A stretch of DNA of 64,000 nucleotides, taken from contig JAWAZI010000004.1 in assembly GCA_038817835.1 (NCBI GenBank), positions 2,542-66,541 of the forward strand, written 5' to 3'. Positions 8,931-18,113 of this stretch are shown here, in pieces. Below the pieces are notes generated by a model. The model was not told the origin of the DNA and searched no databases. It saw only the letters and a program-made list of their open reading frames with translations. The translations under genes and the position numbers were made by a program. The stretch comes from Candidatus Pacearchaeota archaeon (GTDB lineage Archaea; Nanobdellota; Nanobdellia; Pacearchaeales; JAPDKA01). Each line of letters begins with the position of its first letter. The stretch's first letter is position 1.

Positions 8931-10739
8931 ATGAAAAGAGGTGAAAAAAAAGCACAACTAGCTTTAGTTTTTATAATTGCAATAATTATTGTTACAGCAG
9001 GAATTTTAGCTTATTTTCTATTAAAACCTAAAGAAAAACCAAAATATCCTGAAGAAATATTAAAAGTAGAGGAAAGTTATATAAAATGTTTAACAGATAT
9101 TGGAGAAAGGGCTAAAAATATATTAATGCAAAAGGGTGGCTATATCTATGATAAATCATCTGAAGCTGAAGGATTATATTTAGGAAATAATTTAAATTTT
9201 ATGGGAGAAAATATAGCTTATTGGATTTATTACGATAGTAGCGGCATAATAAAAACACAAAATCCTAGTTTAGAGGATATGGAAAATGAAATTTCTAAAT
9301 TTATAGAAGATAATTTAGATATTTGTGATAGTGTTTTTGATGAATATAATGTTAGCTATATAAAAAATGTAAAAAAAATTGAAGTAAAAATAAGAAGTAA
9401 TAAAATTGAAGTAACAGCATATATAGATTTAGTAATTAAGAAAGAAAATAAAGCTAATTTAATAAGAGAACACAAATTTTTTATTAAAAGTAATTTGAAG
9501 CAATTATATGAAAATGCTATAAGGATATATGAATATGAAAAAAGTAAAAGATTTCTCGAAAATTACACAATAGATATAATATCTTTATATGGAAAAACTA
9601 CTGGTTTTGAAATTCAATGTTATCCACTAATATTTGATAAAGAAGAATTAAAGAGAAATATAACTGATGGTTTAATTGTAAATATTGAAAGAATAAAATT
9701 TAATGGAAATTATTTTAAATTTAGAGAAGGACATAAATATTTTATAAATAGAATTGATATAGATGATGGTATTTCTGTTAATTTATTGTATTCTAAATTA
9801 TTTCCAACAAAGATAGATATTTATGCTGAAGAAAAAAATAATTTACTAAAATTTGATCCTATAGGCAATCAAGAAGGATTAAATTTAATCAATTTTTGTT
9901 ATGTTCCATACCATATTGTTTATGATGTAAAGTTCCCTGTTCTATTTATATTAAGAAAAGATGATGAAATATTCAAATTTCCTTTAGTTGTAGTAATAGA
10001 AAGAAATGGGATAAAAGAAATATTAATGGAGAATGGGTCTATAAAAACAAAAGGTATTTGCAATGCTGCAATAAAAAATGCTGAAATTTATGTTTATGAT
10101 AGTGAAAATAAAAAAATTGATGGTGCTGATGTTTATATAAAATGTTTAGATGCAAATTGCTATTTAGGAAAAACAAAAAATGGATATTTAAAAGCAAAAG
10201 TTCCACAATGTATTAATGCATTTATTTTAGTAAATGCAGAAAATTATGAAGAAAATAAAATTCCTATAAATACAAATTATGATGTAAATGTAAATATATT
10301 TTTAGATAAATTATATGAAAAAGAAATAAAATTAAATTTAAATGAAAAAGAAACTGTAATAATACTATTTGAAGGAAAAAGAAATGATGTTATAAATTAT
10401 CCTGAAAGAAATAAATTATATCTAAGTAGAGGCAATTATAATATAACTTTATATGTTTTCAAGGATAAAGAAATAATAATTAATGAAAAAAGTGAGATAT
10501 GTTATGATACTCCATTATTTCTATGGATAAAAAGAAAAAAATGTGAGGAAATTGACCAAATTACATTTGATAAAGTTTTAATTGGTGGTGGTAAAAGTGA
10601 AATCTATTTTGATGAAGATTTTTTAGAAGATTACAAGCCTATAGAAATAATTTTTGATAGATTTGATGAACCAAAGAATATAGAGGACATACAAAAAAAT
10701 TATGAATTTTTAAAATTTAGTAAAATAGAAATAAAATGA
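8931..10739 (+). CDS. Large exported protein with class III-like signal peptide; function unknown
   Basis: MKRGEKKA|QLALVFIIAIIIVTAGILAYF fits the K-A-Q-L prepilin pattern. A C-terminal segment (AEIYVYDSENKKIDGADVYIKC...GKTKNGYLKAKVP) looks like a carboxypeptidase-regulatory/Ig-like beta domain. Its stop overlaps the start of the giant ORF (ATGA). Confidence 0.5.
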   Translation: MKRGEKKAQLALVFIIAIIIVTAGILAYFLLKPKEKPKYPEEILKVEESYIKCLTDIGERAKNILMQKGGYIYDKSSEAEGLYLGNNLNFMGENIAYWIYYDSSGIIKTQNPSLEDMENEISKFIEDNLDICDSVFDEYNVSYIKNVKKIEVKIRSNKIEVTAYIDLVIKKENKANLIREHKFFIKSNLKQLYENAIRIYEYEKSKRFLENYTIDIISLYGKTTGFEIQCYPLIFDKEELKRNITDGLIVNIERIKFNGNYFKFREGHKYFINRIDIDDGISVNLLYSKLFPTKIDIYAEEKNNLLKFDPIGNQEGLNLINFCYVPYHIVYDVKFPVLFILRKDDEIFKFPLVVVIERNGIKEILMENGSIKTKGICNAAIKNAEIYVYDSENKKIDGADVYIKCLDANCYLGKTKNGYLKAKVPQCINAFILVNAENYEENKIPINTNYDVNVNIFLDKLYEKEIKLNLNEKETVIILFEGKRNDVINYPERNKLYLSRGNYNITLYVFKDKEIIINEKSEICYDTPLFLWIKRKKCEEIDQITFDKVLIGGGKSEIYFDEDFLEDYKPIEIIFDRFDEPKNIEDIQKNYEFLKFSKIEIK

Positions 10740-13700
10740 AAAAAATAATTATTTTAATTTTATTTATTTTTTTAATTAATTTTTGCTATGCACAGAATTA
10801 TTATTATTTTACACCTTCAAATATATATAAAGAAGATTATGAAAAATTTTTTAGTCAACAAGCTTTAAGTTTTGCTTGTAATCAAACAAAAAATTTTATT
10901 GTTTATATAGACCCTCTAGAAGGTTGCCAACCCAATATAATAAGAAGTGATTTACTTGAGGATCAACCTGTACTTGTATTTTGTAAAATTAAAGCAATAA
11001 ACCTAAATCCATTATTGGATAATATTTATATAAAAAGTATTAGTATAGCTACTCCTTATAAAAGTAGTAATATTGTTGGAGGAGTAATATATCATTCTCC
11101 ATATATGGGTGAAAAATTATTATCAAGGTATTTATGGGATGAGTATGGATATAAAAGAGGGATCGCTTCATTCGATAATTTGGGTTATGCTGTAGTTATG
11201 TTAAATCCTGTACCAGAATCTAAAATGCCTGAAAGAATAGATATAAACGCAACTGCAAGAATATTATATAGTGCTGGTTTTATTTATGGCATAGATAGAA
11301 ATAGTTTTTTAATTCCTGAATTAAGTGAAGAAGAATGGAAAGCAAGATTTGATGAATTTTCTTTTTTTAATGGTAAAGGTTTTATAAAAGTGAATAAAAT
11401 AAAAAAAGATTTTGTAGATGTAGAAATTTATAAAGAAACAATAAATGATCCAACTCCTATAAGAGTTACTTTAACAAAAGATAAACCAGTAAAAGTAAAT
11501 TTTTGGGGATTTTTTTGTGATAATCAAGAATTTGATATAATTTTAGAGGATATTTTATATCCACAAAGTTATGCAAGATTAATTATAAATGGAAAAGAAT
11601 ATTTATTGGCTGAAGGTGATGAAGCTGAAGGATGTAAAATTATTAATATAGAAAAAGGAATAGTAAGTGGAAGTGGTGAAGTAACTATTAATTGTGATGG
11701 AAAAACTTCAGTATTAAAAATAGAACCCTTAAAAGTTGTAATAGATTTTGATAATAAAATTTATGAATTAACTTTAGGGGAAGGAATAAAAATAGATGAC
11801 AAGAATTACTATTATTTAGTTTGTGTTAAAGATAATTATGCTTATTTCTATGAAGGAGATTCAACTAAAAAACAAGAAGTTAAAAAATTAATAAGTAAAT
11901 ATTTTCCATCTTGTGAATTTGATAAAGAAAAAGGAATAAAATCTGTAAAAGTAAAAAATTCAATCAAAATTGATAGTAAAAATTTAACTTTAAAAGAGAT
12001 TTTTATATTAAAGGATAGTTTATTGCCTGAAAATGTTGAAAAAGCTTATTCAGAAGCAAAAGAAAAATATATGGATATTTTTTTCACATATAAATATGAA
12101 AAAGATGAAAGTGATGGAGAATATATTGGGGCTAAAGCTTTATACGAATTAGCAAATCTAGCAATTGAAATAGGAAAAAGAAGTGAGGCAATAAATATTT
12201 TATCAGAGCTTATTGAAGAGTATGAAGATAAAGATAGTGGAATTGTTCTTGAGGCAAGAAAGAAAAAGATTAGTTTAATTAAATATGAAATTATAGGAAA
12301 AACAACAATAGAAAAAAATGGAAATTTTTGGGATATTGAATTAATAGATATAGAACATCCTTATAGTTTTGATAGTTTTGTTGAGTTAAAAATTAATGAT
12401 AAAAAAGATAGATATTGGATAGGGCAACATATAGGAGAAGGTTGGATAATAGAAGAAATAAAAGAAGATCATATAATTTTGAGAAATCTAAAAGAGGAAA
12501 GAATAGAAAAAATTACTTTAGGAATAGAAAGATGCATAGATGTTAAAAATGATAAATGTATAATGAATGTAAAACTTACTAATATAAATGTAAAAAAAGC
12601 TGCAAAAATAACAGTAAAACCTCCTGAACTTAATTATGTTTCTGAAACAAATTTTACTATACATATTGGAATTGAAAAAAGAGCTATAAAAATTGCTCCT
12701 GAAAAGGCTTTAGAGATGGCAAAAAAACTAAATGAAACTTCAAAAAAAATAGAAGAATTTAATAAAAAATTAGGAAAAGTTGTTGAAAATTGGAAAAAAG
12801 CATGCTATATTGGTGGAACAGCTCTATTTTTAAAAAATTTCATAGAGGGAATGGGTGGTGAAAGTTTAGCAAGAAAAATAGCTATGAGGGGAACTGATGG
12901 AAAAGGAGGATGGACCCAAATTTGTATTGAAAAAGGATATAAAAAATTAGATGAATGTTTTAGAGAAAATGAAGATGAAATAAATAATGATGTTGAGGCA
13001 ATTAAAAGATTAATAGGAGAAGTAAATGAAGAAATAAAAATTGCTGAAGAAGGTTGTAAAAATTTAAAAAATTTTGAAGAAAGAGAGAGATGTTTATATG
13101 AAAAAATTGCTGAGAAAATTGCTGAGAGAGAAAAAATAAAAATTAAAATTGATGGAGAAGAAATTGGTATAGAAAACTTTATTAAAAAATCTCTTCCAAT
13201 ACTTAGTGAAAGAGGTTATTTTGTTAGAGATCAATTAAAAGATTTTCTATTAGAGTTAAAAATAAATCAAAATGAAAATATAAGTGGGGGTATGAAAAAT
13301 TTAATCTCAAATAAAGTTAAAAATTTTGTTATATCAAATAAGAGATTAGCAGATGAGATAGAAACTTATGTTGGAGAATTTCCAATTAATATTTATGAAA
13401 AAAAACAAATTTATGTTCCTTTAAATACAATTGATAAATTAAAAGATAATATCAAAGAAAAATTAAAAGAATATAGATGCGATGGACCTAATATTTATTA
13501 TTTCTTTGCTAATTATAATGGTAATCTTGTATACGTTATAGTTAGTAAAGAAGACAGCACAATTGAGGTTAAATGTGTATTAAAAAAAGATGGATCTGAT
13601 ATTAAAAAAGATGAAAATATTCTAAATAATTTAAAAAATTATATAATATTAGAATCGAAATGTTCTCCAATAGATAGCAAATATATTTATGCAGGTTTCT

Positions 13701-16700
13701 ATGAAAGTGGAAAATATAAAGATAGAATTGGATATATGCCAGTAATAGCTCAAAAAGGATGGTATATTTTCATTGATGATAAAACTGAAAGTTATTATGA
13801 AAGTGGTGCTTTAAAAGAATATTATTTATGTAATGTTGGAAATAATGGTGTTCCTGATTTAGCTTTATATCAAATTACAAATGATGATATATGTATCCAA
13901 GTACCAGCAGATAGATCAATAATATATAATATAAAATTACAAGTTTGTGGTGAAGATATAGAAAATATTCAATTATTAACATCAAAAGCTGAAGAATGTG
14001 TAGCTACAGCCAATACTCAAAAAAGATTGGGAAAACCAATACAAACTAGATGTGGGAATTTCAAAATAAAAAAACAAGTAACTGTTCCAACAGCTCAATG
14101 TGAAGATTTTATGAGCCCTAGCGAATGTAGAATTTTATTCAATTTATGTGATCCTGTGTTATGTCCTCCCTCTAGATGTAATCTTGCTGGAAGATATCCT
14201 GTAGATAATGTTGTACAGACAGGGATAATAGGAAGTTTAGTTTTATGTTTACCAAATTTCGAGGGAGGAAAAGGAGTAATAATGCCTATATGCTTAACAG
14301 GATTGCATGCTGGAATAGAATTTCTTAATAAAATATTAAATGAAACAGTAAAATGTTTAGAGATAAGTGTAGAAACAGGAAAAAATATTGGAATATGTGA
14401 TCAAATAAAAAGCATATATATTTGTGAAATGTTATGGAATCAATTATTACCATTTGTAAGAGCTGGTATACCAAGCATATTAGAAAAAATTGAAAGAAAG
14501 GGTGGTGGAGAATATGCAAAATTCAGATCTACATGGGAGAATACTTTTGAAGGATTAAGATATTTCTATCAAGTATATGGAGTAACTGCTGCTGAAGCAT
14601 TTAAAATAAGAAGTACTCAAGAGGTTGGAACTATGATCTGTAAAAAGTTTTTAGGAGTTAGATATCCTAATGCAGCATCATTACTTGAAGAAATCAGTAA
14701 ACCAGAATTGCCATATCAATTCTTTGCAAAAATTGAAGAAATTCCTTATACAACAATAAATTATCCTCCTCAAAGTCATTATAAAGTTCTTTATATAATT
14801 TATGCTGGAGAACAAGATATTTGGTATAGTATCTATTTAAGAAATCCACCACAATATAGTGGCATAATAATTCAACAACATTATATTATTGATGCAGGAT
14901 TTTTGGCAAGAGGTCAAAGTATATCAAAAAGTCCTGATTTTGTTGCTGTATCTGGATATAAAGAAATCTGTGTAAATATAAATGGTAGAGAATATTGTGG
15001 ATTTGAGGTTAGTAGTACAAGTTATGCTATAAATTTCTTACAAGATAAATATATTGAAGATCAATTGAAAGCAAATATAAAAACAGCAAAAGAATGTAAA
15101 AGTGGGAAACCAAGTTTAATACCAACTTCTAGCTTATTAAATATTCAACAAGGAGTCACAAAAGCTTTAAGTCCTGCGATCTATAAACAAGGTATAACGA
15201 GGATTTGTTCAACATTAAATCCTGGTGTTGGAAGTGATGAAGAAAATTGGAAAGCTGTTGGATATTGTGATGATCCTAACATAAAATGTTGGGTATATTT
15301 GCCAAGTATAAAACAAGCTATAAAAGATCTTGGCCTTGAAAATGAAACAATCCAATCTATTGAAAAAAAATCAAAAGAAATTTTGGAAGAAATTGAAAAA
15401 GTTGGAATCGGTATAGAGGAAGAAGAAATTTACAAAAATACATATAATTATTTGAATGAAAAAATTGAAAATTATGAGAAAATAATAAAAAATAAAAAAA
15501 TTGAAAAAGAGGATATTAAAAGAAAAATTGAAAAAGATATTAAAGATGCAGAAGAAAATATAACTAAAATATTAGACCCTAAAAAATTGAAAATACTTAA
15601 ATTCAAATTAGCAACTTTATATAAATTAAAAACTTTGATATATTATTATTCATATTATAAGCCTGAAGAAGAAAAACCTGAAGAGAAACCTATAGAAAAA
15701 CCTAAAGAAGAAGAAAAACCAGAATTACCAAAATCTATAGAAGTTAAAATTTATACTATAGTAAATGGTAAAGAAAAAGATAGTAATTTTAATGGAATAG
15801 TAAATTATGATGATAATGTAGAACTTTGTGCTAAAATAAAAATAGATAATAAATGGTATAAAGAAACTAGTAATTTACCATATGAAATAAACTTCGATTG
15901 GTATAAAATTATACCTATAGAAAAGAATGGAGGCTATGTAGTTTATGGAGAAGAAGGAAAAATGGATTTAGTAAAATATGAACAAAAAAAAATTGGAAAG
16001 TATAAATGGTGTATAGAACTTCCAAAAGAAGTTGGAACATATTGGTATAGGGTTGAAGTTGAAATTAAGGATAAAAATTTAAATTATTATTTAAAAAATT
16101 CTTCATTAGGTAGGCCTGCAAGTAAGGATGATATTTCCAAATTTGAAGAAATGATAAATAAATGCAAAAAAGAAATAGAAAAACAACCAAACGTTGAAAT
16201 CGAACAAGAAGTTATTAATTCTCTTTTAGATGATATAAAAAATAATTATCAACAATATCTAGAACCAGATGCTTATGAAGGTTGTGTAGGAATAAGCACA
16301 AAAATTACTAGAATAAGTAGAAAAGAAGATGATAGTGTTTGTCCTGATGAAATAAAAAATACAAAAAGATGTGAGTTCATAAAAACAATATATATATTCC
16401 AAACAGTTCCATTTGGTTATGGTGGAGAATTCTATGAAAATGATGTAAACAAAAATCATTATAAAAATTTCATGATAATAGATTGTATAGATCTTGCTCT
16501 TGCAGCAGAAACATACTCAACAAATGTTGATTTATATATAAATTATACAGATAAAACTTCTCCATATAGCGGTAGCGCATTTGCTCAATATATAATCTAT
16601 AATAATATTACGACCTTTAATGGTATAACTCTCCACAATGTAAGGTTAAAAGATATATATAGCTACAATATAAACTTTAATAATGGAAATGGCGTAAAAA

Positions 16701-16954
16701 CTGGTGATGTGCTACTACAAGTTGAAAAATGTAAGGATATAATATGCAATTATACTGATACATTAATTTTACTACGTGATACATATAGTAAATCCAAAAT
16801 ATTAGACGCAGGAGATATAATAATTCAAGCTTCTTCAGATTGTAGTTATGGAACAAAAATTGGAATAAGTTTATGCGCTCGTCAACTATCTATATTTGAC
16901 AGAAATAAAAACTTCACTTTAGTAAAATCATCAATACTAGATAAAATTGCTTAA
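10736..16954 (+). CDS. Giant (2072 aa) secreted protein of unknown family
   Basis: A single uninterrupted 6.2-kb ORF. It has a Sec-type signal (MKKIIILILFIFLINFCYA|Q), a TPR-like stretch, K/E coiled coils and a Cys-dense core (aa ~1122-1230). It also has a P/E/K linker (PEEEKPEEKPIEKPKEEEKPELP) and a C-terminal block with an NlpC/P60-like Cys motif. Confidence 0.7.
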   Translation: MKKIIILILFIFLINFCYAQNYYYFTPSNIYKEDYEKFFSQQALSFACNQTKNFIVYIDPLEGCQPNIIRSDLLEDQPVLVFCKIKAINLNPLLDNIYIKSISIATPYKSSNIVGGVIYHSPYMGEKLLSRYLWDEYGYKRGIASFDNLGYAVVMLNPVPESKMPERIDINATARILYSAGFIYGIDRNSFLIPELSEEEWKARFDEFSFFNGKGFIKVNKIKKDFVDVEIYKETINDPTPIRVTLTKDKPVKVNFWGFFCDNQEFDIILEDILYPQSYARLIINGKEYLLAEGDEAEGCKIINIEKGIVSGSGEVTINCDGKTSVLKIEPLKVVIDFDNKIYELTLGEGIKIDDKNYYYLVCVKDNYAYFYEGDSTKKQEVKKLISKYFPSCEFDKEKGIKSVKVKNSIKIDSKNLTLKEIFILKDSLLPENVEKAYSEAKEKYMDIFFTYKYEKDESDGEYIGAKALYELANLAIEIGKRSEAINILSELIEEYEDKDSGIVLEARKKKISLIKYEIIGKTTIEKNGNFWDIELIDIEHPYSFDSFVELKINDKKDRYWIGQHIGEGWIIEEIKEDHIILRNLKEERIEKITLGIERCIDVKNDKCIMNVKLTNINVKKAAKITVKPPELNYVSETNFTIHIGIEKRAIKIAPEKALEMAKKLNETSKKIEEFNKKLGKVVENWKKACYIGGTALFLKNFIEGMGGESLARKIAMRGTDGKGGWTQICIEKGYKKLDECFRENEDEINNDVEAIKRLIGEVNEEIKIAEEGCKNLKNFEERERCLYEKIAEKIAEREKIKIKIDGEEIGIENFIKKSLPILSERGYFVRDQLKDFLLELKINQNENISGGMKNLISNKVKNFVISNKRLADEIETYVGEFPINIYEKKQIYVPLNTIDKLKDNIKEKLKEYRCDGPNIYYFFANYNGNLVYVIVSKEDSTIEVKCVLKKDGSDIKKDENILNNLKNYIILESKCSPIDSKYIYAGFYESGKYKDRIGYMPVIAQKGWYIFIDDKTESYYESGALKEYYLCNVGNNGVPDLALYQITNDDICIQVPADRSIIYNIKLQVCGEDIENIQLLTSKAEECVATANTQKRLGKPIQTRCGNFKIKKQVTVPTAQCEDFMSPSECRILFNLCDPVLCPPSRCNLAGRYPVDNVVQTGIIGSLVLCLPNFEGGKGVIMPICLTGLHAGIEFLNKILNETVKCLEISVETGKNIGICDQIKSIYICEMLWNQLLPFVRAGIPSILEKIERKGGGEYAKFRSTWENTFEGLRYFYQVYGVTAAEAFKIRSTQEVGTMICKKFLGVRYPNAASLLEEISKPELPYQFFAKIEEIPYTTINYPPQSHYKVLYIIYAGEQDIWYSIYLRNPPQYSGIIIQQHYIIDAGFLARGQSISKSPDFVAVSGYKEICVNINGREYCGFEVSSTSYAINFLQDKYIEDQLKANIKTAKECKSGKPSLIPTSSLLNIQQGVTKALSPAIYKQGITRICSTLNPGVGSDEENWKAVGYCDDPNIKCWVYLPSIKQAIKDLGLENETIQSIEKKSKEILEEIEKVGIGIEEEEIYKNTYNYLNEKIENYEKIIKNKKIEKEDIKRKIEKDIKDAEENITKILDPKKLKILKFKLATLYKLKTLIYYYSYYKPEEEKPEEKPIEKPKEEEKPELPKSIEVKIYTIVNGKEKDSNFNGIVNYDDNVELCAKIKIDNKWYKETSNLPYEINFDWYKIIPIEKNGGYVVYGEEGKMDLVKYEQKKIGKYKWCIELPKEVGTYWYRVEVEIKDKNLNYYLKNSSLGRPASKDDISKFEEMINKCKKEIEKQPNVEIEQEVINSLLDDIKNNYQQYLEPDAYEGCVGISTKITRISRKEDDSVCPDEIKNTKRCEFIKTIYIFQTVPFGYGGEFYENDVNKNHYKNFMIIDCIDLALAAETYSTNVDLYINYTDKTSPYSGSAFAQYIIYNNITTFNGITLHNVRLKDIYSYNINFNNGNGVKTGDVLLQVEKCKDIICNYTDTLILLRDTYSKSKILDAGDIIIQASSDCSYGTKIGISLCARQLSIFDRNKNFTLVKSSILDKIA

Positions 16955-16972
16955 AATTATTAAAAAGTGATG

Positions 16973-17047
16973 TTATCTTTGTTGTCCTCTTTGTGATTGA
17001 GAATGTACTGATGGTGGTTGAGAATTATTTAAAGAATAAAGAAAAAA
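16973..17047 (-). pseudogene. Remnant of the 3' end of a paralog of the 139-aa lipoprotein gene
   Basis: The reverse-strand fragment reads FFLYSLNNSQPPSVHSQSQRGQQR*. It has no start codon and resembles the intact C-terminus ...TYTQPQPRTSTQSQRRR*. Confidence 0.4.
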
Positions 17048-17103
17048 TTATTTAACTTAATTTATCTAAATTGCTTAAATCTATTAAAAGATAGTGTTAT
17101 TTT

Positions 17104-17523
17104 TTATCTTCTCCTTTGTGATTGAGTAGATGTTCTTGGCTGTGGTTGAGTGTATGTTGGCTGTGGTTGAGTGTATGTTTTTCCCTTAAATGAGTTTTGA
17201 TATTCTATGTATTTCTTTTTTATATCTTCTTGTGGTTGGGGCTGTGTTTTTGTTCCTTCTCTTATTTTAATATATACTCTCACTGTCTCTGGTTTATACT
17301 TAATTATTGTATCGTATTTAATTATTGTATCATATACTATATTTTCAATTTTTAATGTATCTACTTTCTCTATATATACTGTATCTACTTTTGTTGGTGT
17401 GTAATATATTGGATAATAATTGTGATTGTAAATTTTGTATGTCTTAGTACAACCTAAAATACCCGCCACTAATAAGCCTTCTATTATTTTCTTTTCAAGA
17501 TTTGATATTTTTTTGATTGTCAT
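17104..17523 (-). CDS. Small repeat-containing putative lipoprotein
   Basis: It has a lipobox-like LVAGILG|C after an N-terminal hydrophobic segment. Internal repeats are YDTIIKYDTIIKY and TYTQPQPTYTQPQP, and the tail is basic (QRRR). Confidence 0.5.
   Translation of the reverse strand: MTIKKISNLEKKIIEGLLVAGILGCTKTYKIYNHNYYPIYYTPTKVDTVYIEKVDTLKIENIVYDTIIKYDTIIKYKPETVRVYIKIREGTKTQPQPQEDIKKKYIEYQNSFKGKTYTQPQPTYTQPQPRTSTQSQRRR
17138..17179. repeat. Perfect 2 x 21-nt tandem repeat inside the 139-aa gene
   Basis: ggctgtggttgagtgtatgtt occurs twice in tandem and encodes TYTQPQP twice on the minus strand. Confidence 0.7.
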
Positions 17524-17593
17524 AATTATATAACAAAAAAGATATTTATAAATTTTTCGGTTTGTAACTACTATAAAGTAAAAATTAAAATTA

Positions 17594-17677
17594 TGCGGGG
17601 GCGAGGATTCGAACCTCGGAAGGCACTAAGCCAGCTGGTCTTGAGCCAGCCCCGTTTGACCACTCCGGCACCCCCGC
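17594..17677 (-). tRNA. tRNA-Leu (anticodon CAA), no encoded CCA, no intron
   Basis: The reverse complement is GCGGGGGTGCCGGAGTGGTCAAACGGGGCTGGCTCAAGACCAGCTGGCTTAGTGCCTTCCGAGGTTCGAATCCTCGCCCCCGCA. It has a 7-bp acceptor stem, anticodon loop CTCAAGA, a long variable arm, a GTTCGAATC T-loop and discriminator A. Confidence 0.9.
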
Positions 17678-17717
17678 TCAAAAAATAAATTTTTAAAAAT
17701 TAAAAAATTTTTTTATA

Positions 17718-18113
17718 ATGGGTGTTTATATCTCAAAAAAAGCATTAAAAAGATCTATAAGGGATTCTTTTATTAGAGGAAAAATAAGTGAATATTTGGA
17801 TGAAATTAGATTAATTGTTTATTCTAAAGGTAAAAGGCCAACAGAAAGAATAAAAGAATTTAATGTTAGTCCTAGAGGTCATAAAAAAATAAGAATAGCA
17901 TGGCATATTGAAGGAGATAATTTCTATATCGATGATTTTTTATATCATGAAACTGATAAATATTATGTTGATAAATGGAACAAAAAAGTTTTGACAGGAG
18001 AAATAACTTTAGAAACATATAGGAAAGAAGGTTATATAGAATTACCATTGAATAAGTTAGATACAATAAATGTAGAAGAATATAATAAACTTTGTTATAG
18101 TATTTTAACTTAA
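17718..18113 (+). CDS. Hypothetical protein
   Basis: ORF only. The segment KIRIAWHIEGDNFYIDDFLYH is faintly reminiscent of RelE/ParE-type toxins, but I cannot support that call. Confidence 0.35.
   Translation: MGVYISKKALKRSIRDSFIRGKISEYLDEIRLIVYSKGKRPTERIKEFNVSPRGHKKIRIAWHIEGDNFYIDDFLYHETDKYYVDKWNKKVLTGEITLETYRKEGYIELPLNKLDTINVEEYNKLCYSILT

Larger units (their letters stand above)
16944..17185. repeat. Degenerate tandem duplication (~124-nt period, 2 copies) of the convergent junction between the giant gene and the 139-aa gene
   Basis: aaattgcttaaa occurs at 16944 and 17068, and ctttgtgattgag at 16989 and 17114. Aligned by eye, the two units are roughly 70% identical. Confidence 0.55.
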
